NCBI GenBank assembly: GCA_016933055.1
Contig: JAFGBS010000009.1
Location: 60,001-92,000, forward strand
Direction: 5' to 3'
Origin: Promethearchaeota archaeon
GTDB taxonomy: Archaea > Asgardarchaeota > Lokiarchaeia > Sigyniarchaeales > Promethearchaeaceae
Length of the DNA stretch: 32,000 bases
Positions 25,384 to 32,000 of this stretch are shown here, one piece after another. A model generated the notes under the pieces. That model saw only the letters and a list, made by a program, of their open reading frames with translations. It did no database searches and had not been told where the DNA came from. The stretch's first letter is position 1; each line of letters begins with the position of its first letter. A program made the translations under genes and the position numbers.

Positions 25384-27964
25384 ATTTATCTAGTGCACCT
25401 TGTGCAGCCTTGTTTATGAGAAATTCAATATTCCCATGGGCATCCAATTTCACATCTGCAATAGCGTTCAGATCAAAGGGAACTACGTTTTCGAAACTGC
25501 GTTTTAATAGTTCTTTGTATTTTTCCTTATCGTACATGCGGTTCTGCCGCTCAAACTCGGAGCGCAAGACTACTCGCTTATCGGGATTAGCTGCAGACGC
25601 GTTCCGTAATATATATTCCACTTTCTGACCGGGTTCGATTTGAATTCCCATACGTTTTAATTGTTTGGCTGCAAGTGCTTGGTAGGAATTTACTTTATAC
25701 TCCTCGGGCCGCTTTGAAATCTGATTTACAATAGTTAATTCATCGGGATCCACTTCTTCGCAATCGATTCGGGCACAATACGTCTTGTATTTTTGTTTCG
25801 CAATCGATAAGAAATCCATGAATTCACAAATGCTTTCCGCAGAGGACAGGGTTTCAATAACTTCTTGTTGGAACTGTTTTACGATTTTTGGAGCGTCTCG
25901 TCTGCGTATCTCGATGCCACGTACCTTGATTATTCCATCATAGGTTACTCCCCAGTAATGATTCAGTACGGGCACGTCGGGATGGATCCGGGAGGGCAAA
26001 AATACGAGAAATTTGTAGGTAGCTTCATGTAAGATCGGGATACGGATCTGATCTTGGATTCTGTCCACGAGTTCCTTGGCATGTGTATTCAGTCTGTCCA
26101 GCTCCTGTTGCACATAAGTGAGGTCGGGTTTCTTCCAGAACTGCTTCACATGCACTAATTTTGGTTTTCGGTCATTCTCTTTATCGGGAATGATGGCTGC
26201 CATATGCTTTGTATGTTGCAACCATAAGGAATCCACGATACCATGGATCACAAAAAAGCCTCTTCCTTCCGCAATTTCTTGTGAACGCAATAATAAGTCT
26301 CGAGAATAAGCACACACAGCCTGATGACCTTCTACCTTACCAAACCGGGCGTTTTTGAAGCCCAAATATCCAAAGCTACATACTAACGGCCATTTTAGTG
26401 CTGCACTAATCTTACGGTAGATTTTGGCTTGATCTTCCGGGAGAGTTCTTGAAAGTGTTTTATATGCACGTCTCTTCCGTAAAGGCAACTCCAAGGCTTC
26501 GGAAACAATACCTCGCCGCTTCACGCAGGTATGAAAAGGAAGACCCGGCACTTTATTTCCATCTTTCTTGCAGCAATCACAATTCATGGTGTCAGGGGAA
26601 ACATTGTAATTTGTCATGATCATGGGATACATACTAGTAAAATCAAATTCCCCTACTTGTTCGAACACTCCTATCTTAGGTTCAAATATATGACCTCCTC
26701 TATCAGCTTGAAGCAGTGTTTGAACCGTTTGGAAGTCTTCAGAGTTTTTTTTCTCGGGAGGAATAAGATATCCCTTTTTCCCAGCAATGTAAAATTGAAT
26801 AGATTGCAAAGCTCCTCCGATAGTCACACGAGTTAGGCGTTGGATGGGAACGCGAGATACTCTGCTCATTTCAATAATTCCTTGGATATTTCCGTCTGTG
26901 TAACTGGAAAAATGCAAAGATCCATAGATGTTCTTATCCACGCATATTCTCCCCCGTAAATAGAATTGATGCTTAGATCGGTGCATGATCTGCCCATATG
27001 AAAAATAATGAGTATCCCCTGATGTTGTGAACATATTGCGTTTCAAAGATGAGAGATCCCGGGATAAAATTAGATCGCTGGAGCAATGACAAGCAGAAGC
27101 ACGCCCTACGAGATATGGAAAGAAGTATTCATCTCCACTTTGTGTAAGGATGATGTCTGGGTCCAAATTTTGAATCTCCTTACTCAACGTTCGAATGGTG
27201 GCGGTTTCAGTTTCCTTCTGTACGTTAATTACTAGTATTTTCCGTCCTTCTGAATCGGTTACCCACTCCAGTTCATTGGATGCATATTTTTCCGACTCTG
27301 TTTCATAATTAAATCCGTCCACTAATGCAATTCGACACGAGATTAAGGGTTCATTCAACATGGGACGTTGATGTCGTTTCCGAAACTCGCTTCCTTGGTT
27401 ATTTTTCATCCCGAATTTTCCCAGATCAATGTTGATCATCCGTAAGGGGGGAAACTCATACATAACATTTGTGTTTTTATCATGCAAAGTGATTTTTCGA
27501 ATTAGACCCAAAAAGGGATTGGGGGGAGTAAAACGAACAGCTTTCTTTGGTCGCCAGCGCTTATCAATATCAAATTCACACAAAGCCATCGGGAACAGAT
27601 CATTTTCATAGAAAAAAGTCTGCGCAATGGGGATATCGATGTTAAAGAGCTTGAGATACCCTAATGCTTCGATTTCTTGGATAGTTTTCTTGAAGTTACG
27701 CAAACCTGTCCATATCCGAATCACATCGGACTCTTTGCTGTCCGAAACCGATACATAGCGCTTACATCGCTCTATTTCCTTGATGTGTGGATGTTGATGC
27801 AAAAGACGTAGTGTATCCTCCATATTCAGATACTTCGGTAGAACATAAAATGAGGGATAATATTGGTGATAAGCACATACAGTTTTCCCATCGCGTTGTT
27901 TTATCCAAATCTTCAGATACTCTCCACTCACTTCTGCCCCGAGTATCCATCCCATAAATTTCAT
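25373..27964 (-). CDS. polB2: Family B DNA polymerase, archaeal PolB2 group
   Basis: Motif A DFTSMYP, motif B KWPLVCSFGYLG, motif C altered to HGIVDS, VRGIEIRRRD; exonuclease motifs degenerate; SD AGGAGG upstream. Confidence 0.9.
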   Translation of the reverse strand: MKFMGWILGAEVSGEYLKIWIKQRDGKTVCAYHQYYPSFYVLPKYLNMEDTLRLLHQHPHIKEIERCKRYVSVSDSKESDVIRIWTGLRNFKKTIQEIEALGYLKLFNIDIPIAQTFFYENDLFPMALCEFDIDKRWRPKKAVRFTPPNPFLGLIRKITLHDKNTNVMYEFPPLRMINIDLGKFGMKNNQGSEFRKRHQRPMLNEPLISCRIALVDGFNYETESEKYASNELEWVTDSEGRKILVINVQKETETATIRTLSKEIQNLDPDIILTQSGDEYFFPYLVGRASACHCSSDLILSRDLSSLKRNMFTTSGDTHYFSYGQIMHRSKHQFYLRGRICVDKNIYGSLHFSSYTDGNIQGIIEMSRVSRVPIQRLTRVTIGGALQSIQFYIAGKKGYLIPPEKKNSEDFQTVQTLLQADRGGHIFEPKIGVFEQVGEFDFTSMYPMIMTNYNVSPDTMNCDCCKKDGNKVPGLPFHTCVKRRGIVSEALELPLRKRRAYKTLSRTLPEDQAKIYRKISAALKWPLVCSFGYLGFKNARFGKVEGHQAVCAYSRDLLLRSQEIAEGRGFFVIHGIVDSLWLQHTKHMAAIIPDKENDRKPKLVHVKQFWKKPDLTYVQQELDRLNTHAKELVDRIQDQIRIPILHEATYKFLVFLPSRIHPDVPVLNHYWGVTYDGIIKVRGIEIRRRDAPKIVKQFQQEVIETLSSAESICEFMDFLSIAKQKYKTYCARIDCEEVDPDELTIVNQISKRPEEYKVNSYQALAAKQLKRMGIQIEPGQKVEYILRNASAANPDKRVVLRSEFERQNRMYDKEKYKELLKRSFENVVPFDLNAIADVKLDAHGNIEFLINKAAQGALDKFMT

Positions 27965-27979
27965 ACGGATCCTCCTTTT

Positions 27980-28249
27980 CTAATGCGCTGTGATTTTATC
28001 CTCTAGACTCTTGATGTATTCCCGTAAACGGTTTATTTCATTATGATGCTCTATCAGCATAGCCATGAACATGAACTGGGTCAATTCCGGGCGTGCGGCT
28101 AAGGAACCTGCATCGGCGTGATTTCGTGTGTAACTAATTAAATCATCAAATGTTCTTCGGTCGTCTGGGTTTAATCCTCTTCGAAATTCTTCCCATGATT
28201 GGATTTCAATTTCTAAAGCTGGTCGAAATGCAGGTACGGTTCTTCCCAT
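27980..28249 (-). CDS. Small alpha-helical PolB2-associated protein (arCOG07300-like)
   Basis: MGRTVPAFR...W..FRRGL..DDR..FD.L signature; sits between radA-like and polB2; TAATG overlap with upstream stop. Confidence 0.8.
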   Translation of the reverse strand: MGRTVPAFRPALEIEIQSWEEFRRGLNPDDRRTFDDLISYTRNHADAGSLAARPELTQFMFMAMLIEHHNEINRLREYIKSLEDKITAH

Positions 28250-29244
28250 TATCTTTTCTCCTTCTTTAAATAGTTCAGATAATGATCTAGACTCATGTTC
28301 GATGTTTTATTGTCTTGTCCCTTGCTATTGGTCCTGTTTCTTTTTTCTTTTAGCCGTAGGCGGGTGACTTCCTTAGATATTTCGGTCTGTAAGCTGGTTT
28401 GCATCATATCTTTCCACTGATTCTTTGGATTCTTTGGTTCTGCACTGCAATCTGCCAAAGAAGTTTCGCTGTCCAGATACCATTTTGTGTATTTTTGTTT
28501 GATCTGATCGGTGATGCGGTTCCATTTAGTCACACGTTTGGGACCTATGAACGGATGTTGTGCAAGAAAATAATCCGTACGCCGTTCTTGTTCAAAGAAT
28601 TCCACAGCAACGCAGCCAAAATGCGAAAGAATCTTTCCTCCAAAGGGTTTATGGATGGAGTTATCATGCTTGGGAACCGTGATAACCACGATGGGATTAC
28701 TCTGTTTGATGGCAGTTTTAATCCCTTGAATTGCACCCTTCAACTCATCGAACGATTGTTGATTTAATCTTCCCTCTTTTTCCTTTCCCTCCCTCTCGGG
28801 TTGAAACATACTGGTTAACCCTGAAATTAGAACTAGATGTACGTCTTGCATTTGGGTAAGTTTTTCCTCTACAATCTCAACCATTTGCGTCCATTGGAAT
28901 GCTCTAGCAATGTAGATATTGCGGAGAATATGTTGTGGACTTAAATTTTGGGAAAGGGAAAGCTGTGAGATGAAATATGGAGAAAATCGGTTATTTCCAT
29001 CAATGTATACCACTTTTCCTGTTGTAATTCCCAGTCCTCCTTTAGATTGGGGCAAGAAAGCCATAACTGCAGTACGCATGAGGATGTCAGTAGTAGTTTT
29101 CTGATTTCCGATGAATAGATGCACTAAACCTTTTCGTAATCCGCCCCCAAGTAATTCATCTATATGCTTATTTCCGCTTTTAAGAGGAGGATCTTTAGTT
29201 AACTCCTCATAATAGTCTTTTGCAGTCATGATGTCTAGCGTCAT
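28249..29244 (-). CDS. RadA/RecA-like protein with degenerate ATPase motifs
   Basis: SGNKHIDELLGGGLRKG, Walker A degenerate (GNQKTTT), VYIDGNNRFSP, RNIYIARAF, Walker B degenerate (LVLISGL). ATG 29244 preferred (TTTATA ~31 nt upstream on minus strand) over GTG 29343. Confidence 0.85.
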   Translation of the reverse strand: MTLDIMTAKDYYEELTKDPPLKSGNKHIDELLGGGLRKGLVHLFIGNQKTTTDILMRTAVMAFLPQSKGGLGITTGKVVYIDGNNRFSPYFISQLSLSQNLSPQHILRNIYIARAFQWTQMVEIVEEKLTQMQDVHLVLISGLTSMFQPEREGKEKEGRLNQQSFDELKGAIQGIKTAIKQSNPIVVITVPKHDNSIHKPFGGKILSHFGCVAVEFFEQERRTDYFLAQHPFIGPKRVTKWNRITDQIKQKYTKWYLDSETSLADCSAEPKNPKNQWKDMMQTSLQTEISKEVTRLRLKEKRNRTNSKGQDNKTSNMSLDHYLNYLKKEKR

Positions 29245-29285
29245 TTTCTTTGAGATAGTACATTTCCGATCCAGTATAAAAAAAC

Positions 29286-29299
29286 AGAGTGCACACTCT
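29286..29299. promoter_or_regulatory. 6-2-6 palindrome AGAGTG-CA-CACTCT beside the predicted TATA box of the radA-like/polB2 operon
   Basis: Read directly; minus-strand TTTATA at 29280-29275. Confidence 0.4.
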
Positions 29300-29574
29300 T
29301 GCACAATCTTTGAATTCTTATGATTGGGATCACGGAGTAGCACCGTGAGTTAAACAGTTCAACGGAATGAACATAAAATTCTATAGAGATGATAGTTCAT
29401 ACGGGGGGTTCGTGCACCGAAAGTAAAAATGAATAACTACATATGACACGTTCAGCTATTCCGACGAAAGATTACATCATTTTAAAACTCCTACTTGGAA
29501 TCGCTAGCATTCAAAACACCCCAATCGGTCAACTAAGGAATTCTGTCGTTAAGAAGTATGGAATCCACTTTCGG

Positions 29575-29637
29575 TAGGTAAGTTTACCTAGTATTTATAT
29601 ATTATTAGAGAAAATAGTATATAGGTAAGTTTACCTA
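29575..29637. promoter_or_regulatory. Two identical 16-bp operators TAGGTAA-GT-TTACCTA flanking a TATA box
   Basis: Exact copies at 29575-29590 and 29622-29637; TTTATATA at ~29594-29601 between them; ATG at 29663. Confidence 0.8.
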
Positions 29638-29662
29638 CATCATAGAAGGAAAGGCATTAATC

Positions 29663-30424
29663 ATGAAAAAATTACGGACTACCTTGATTTTTTTGACTTT
29701 GGTGATAATTTCAACTTGGATCATAGGTTCAACTACATTTTCCTCTGCTACAACTTATTCTGATGAATATCAGCAATTATTAGAATACCAAGTAACAGAT
29801 TGGAACGAAACAAATGGAGTAGAATGGTATATTTGGGATTTTACCAATCCAATTCATCGTGGTTTTGCTGGTACTCAAAAAGGAGGGAGAATTACTGTAA
29901 ATATTACGAGTACTCATAATAAATCTTCTCAGTTGTCCTATCTTGCTAATCCAGATCCAGTTCCCTACGGTGATATCAATTTCTATATGCGCAATGGATT
30001 TCTAAATTTCACTGAAACAAATATTTCAATTACAGAAATGGCTTACATTCTAAACTTGGGATACATGAATTGGTTTCCTGGTTTTATGATTCCTAATGAT
30101 TGGGAAGAAAATGGAGCCTTTGCTCTAGCACAGAGGAATGTGTTTAGTATATTATGTGAAGTGACTATTACAAACAATACAAATTCAGTCGTGTACGATT
30201 TTAAACAACAAACAGGTACGATCTTGCAGAATACAACGTTGGAATACGATCTAACCAGCGGTGCTTTAGTGAGAGCCTATACGGAATTTGGGAATTATTG
30301 GTGCGAAATTGCATTACAAAACTTTCAGATTCCTGGTTTTTCGCTATCCTTATTGAGTGTAATAGCCATGTTTACAATTATTGGAATATCCTTATTTGTC
30401 AGAAAAAATCACTATAAAAAATAA
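29663..30424 (+). CDS. Surface glycoprotein with signal peptide and Loki-CTERM-type anchor
   Basis: MKK+hydrophobic signal; many N-x-S/T sequons (NET, NIT, NKS, NFT, NIS, NNT, NTT); C-terminal IPGF+TM+RKNHYKK. Confidence 0.85.
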   Translation: MKKLRTTLIFLTLVIISTWIIGSTTFSSATTYSDEYQQLLEYQVTDWNETNGVEWYIWDFTNPIHRGFAGTQKGGRITVNITSTHNKSSQLSYLANPDPVPYGDINFYMRNGFLNFTETNISITEMAYILNLGYMNWFPGFMIPNDWEENGAFALAQRNVFSILCEVTITNNTNSVVYDFKQQTGTILQNTTLEYDLTSGALVRAYTEFGNYWCEIALQNFQIPGFSLSLLSVIAMFTIIGISLFVRKNHYKK

Positions 30425-30437
30425 TACTGGAACTAGA

Positions 30438-30914
30438 ATGGACAGAAAAAAACTTCTCTACATCATTATTTCTCTTTCTTTGGTAATAGGAATTGTCATT
30501 ACTATGAACATTGTGTATTTTGGAACAGATTGGTTTCAATCTGGGGGTAATAATCATTCCGATTACACGTGGGCCTCTGATGAGCATCGTCTAACTTTTC
30601 CCGAAACCATTTTCAATATTACTCTAGAAGTTTATTATGGTGAAGCAAATGGAACTATTGAAACTTATCAAAATATTGCCTTAAATGATCACTATACTAC
30701 GATTTTTGATATATTGAATGCTTGTTGCGAAGTAGAATATGAGATTTTTTGGTGGACCCATCCTACTTTTTTCATAACCTCGATAAACGATGTTCAAGAA
30801 AGCGATGTAGGACAACATTGGTGGCAATTTGAAGTCAATGGAACATATATCCCTGCAGGAGCTAATGCATATTCTCCTGGAAATCACTCCCATATCCGAT
30901 GGTATTTAACATAA
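30438..30914 (+). CDS. Membrane-anchored DUF4430 (transcobalamin beta-domain-like) protein
   Basis: N-terminal TM (ATG 30438); TTIFDIL, FITSINDV, WWQFEVNG...GANAY...IRWY. Confidence 0.8.
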   Translation: MDRKKLLYIIISLSLVIGIVITMNIVYFGTDWFQSGGNNHSDYTWASDEHRLTFPETIFNITLEVYYGEANGTIETYQNIALNDHYTTIFDILNACCEVEYEIFWWTHPTFFITSINDVQESDVGQHWWQFEVNGTYIPAGANAYSPGNHSHIRWYLT

Positions 30915-31040
30915 ATTCATTACCCTAAATTATAGGAATATCTCATTTCTTCATCTACAAAATCTTTTTACCGGGAAGTTCTATGGTATACTATAGTTAT
31001 CATAATAGTGTGAATACTTGTGGAACTTAAAGAAGTAGAT

Positions 31041-31451
31041 ATGGAAAAAGATCTTCAGATAACTCTTATGAAAAAATTGGAACAATTGGAATCGAGCACT
31101 GACCTTGAGGGTACAGCCATTATTACAAAAACAGGGCTCCGAATTGCCAGTTCAAGCCTTGGTAATCCAGAAATCACTGCTGATCTCCACAGTGCAGGAC
31201 CCGCTGCTTTAATATCCTTAGGAGAAAAGTTATCTCAAGGGCTACAATATGGAGAACTAAGAGATATTGTGATAACAGGAGATCAAGGTTACACGATTAT
31301 CACTGTTGGTGGTCCTGGAACTCGATTTATATTACTCACGCATTGTCGTAAAGAGTCCAAGCTAGGCTATTATTTTCACCGTTTACGAAAAGCCTACCGA
31401 GAATTAATGCCGTTATTGGAAAATGTGGGCATTAGTTCTGCCCAATTTTAA
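31041..31451 (+). CDS. Roadblock/LC7 (MglB-like) domain protein
   Basis: LEGTAIITKTGLRIASS, AALISLGEKL...L..GEL.DIVITGDQGYTII, KESKLG. Start ATG 31041 or GTG 31020. Confidence 0.88.
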   Translation: MEKDLQITLMKKLEQLESSTDLEGTAIITKTGLRIASSSLGNPEITADLHSAGPAALISLGEKLSQGLQYGELRDIVITGDQGYTIITVGGPGTRFILLTHCRKESKLGYYFHRLRKAYRELMPLLENVGISSAQF

Positions 31452-32000
31452 TTATAAGATGCATTCTTGTTAATTTGAATGGACCGAAGAATTCTTAATT
31501 GTACTTTGTCTTCTTTTTCACAGGCTAGATCTCTAGGTTTTTCGGCTATTACTACTCCTTTTCCTCCAAATAATCCGAGTATTCTACCATAAGGAGCTTC
31601 TAATTTCTTATTCAGTAAGGTTTGTGCGCCCTCTTTGGACTGTGCAAGATTTTCTATCAGTATTGTAGTATCCGAATAATTGGGATTTTTTATTTTTCCA
31701 TGTTTTATTTTTTCCGTAAATACTTCAGGATTGGGTTTAATCGGCACTTTTGCTTCTATCTTTGCCGATCCAAAGAAACGAAGAGTTGAAGGTGGTAAGT
31801 CTAATTGAGAAAGAATCAAAATTTCATCTAATAATACATATTGTGGTTGTAAAAACCATAGATATGCTCCATATGACACATGTTTTTTGCGCCAATTAAT
31901 TAATATATTGGGAGAAACTTCATTTGAATACATTCTGGTTTCAGGATCAGCATAATAAAATGGGAAGAAACGGGCGTTTGTTGTGATCAATCCATGTGTA
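31448..32000 (-). CDS. Partial hypothetical protein (5' end beyond window)
   Basis: Frame stays open past the track start at 31990 to the window edge (...THGLITTNARFFPFYY...); stop overlaps the Roadblock stop. Confidence 0.7.
   Translation of the reverse strand, partial: THGLITTNARFFPFYYADPETRMYSNEVSPNILINWRKKHVSYGAYLWFLQPQYVLLDEILILSQLDLPPSTLRFFGSAKIEAKVPIKPNPEVFTEKIKHGKIKNPNYSDTTILIENLAQSKEGAQTLLNKKLEAPYGRILGLFGGKGVVIAEKPRDLACEKEDKVQLRILRSIQINKNASYN

Noticed and set aside
25373-27964. PolB2 as a replicative or viral/casposon polymerase
   Set aside because: Exonuclease motifs are degenerate, motif C is HGIVDS, there are no protein-priming (TPR) inserts, and no cas1, capsid or TIR context.
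29245-29343. N-terminal extension of the RadA-like ORF from GTG 29343
   Set aside because: Not RecA-like, and it contains the predicted TATA box; ATG 29244 fits better.
29357-29455. GTTC/GAAC repeats as a bacterial SOS box
   Set aside because: Spacings match neither GAAC-N4-GTTC nor GTTC-N7-GTTC; only a short GTTCA-N6-TGAAC palindrome remains.
29344-29662. Cobalamin riboswitch upstream of the DUF4430 operon
   Set aside because: No B12-box or GCCACTG-type elements recognised.
758-30893. The many 60-120 aa ORFs antisense or out of frame to long genes (e.g. 758-1006, 3142-3408, 11282-11563, 16054-16341, 28399-28767)
   Set aside because: Shadow ORFs of well-supported CDSs; no recognisable motifs.
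1-32000. tRNA, rRNA, transposase, integrase, toxin-antitoxin or known defence genes
   Set aside because: None recognised in the intergenic gaps or translations; a covariance-model and HMM search would be needed to exclude divergent ones.

Overview
Low-GC, gene-dense chromosomal window, most likely from an Asgard archaeon (Lokiarchaeia/Promethearchaeia-like). The assignment rests on two Loki-CTERM-type (IPG[YF]+TM+basic tail) surface proteins, a stand-alone Roadblock/LC7 gene, an archaeal alpha2-type GlyRS and TATA/T-tract signals. Left to right: partial membrane HExxGH metalloprotease; phosphoribosyltransferase; GH116 glycosidase flanked by two paralogous wHTH regulators; MetH activation-domain-like protein; gingipain-like C25 protease; a 1108-aa membrane-anchored heparinase II/III/alginate-lyase-like protein whose domain order looks circularly permuted; DUF58 plus a membrane protein; glyS; nitroreductase; GNAT; MBL hydrolase; small membrane proteins; a lipS2-lipoate ligase-lipS1 operon; an inactive RadA-like/small helical protein/PolB2 operon resembling a mutagenesis cassette; a Loki-CTERM plus DUF4430 operon under twin identical palindromic operators; Roadblock/LC7; and a partial unknown gene. 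No rRNA, tRNA, CRISPR array or transposase was recognised. Best leads: the permuted lyase, the PolB2 cassette (PIP-box-like tails, Cys cluster after motif A), a 22-bp-periodic operator array at 1905-1984, and the twin operators at 29575-29637. All family calls come from motif recognition by eye, without database searches.
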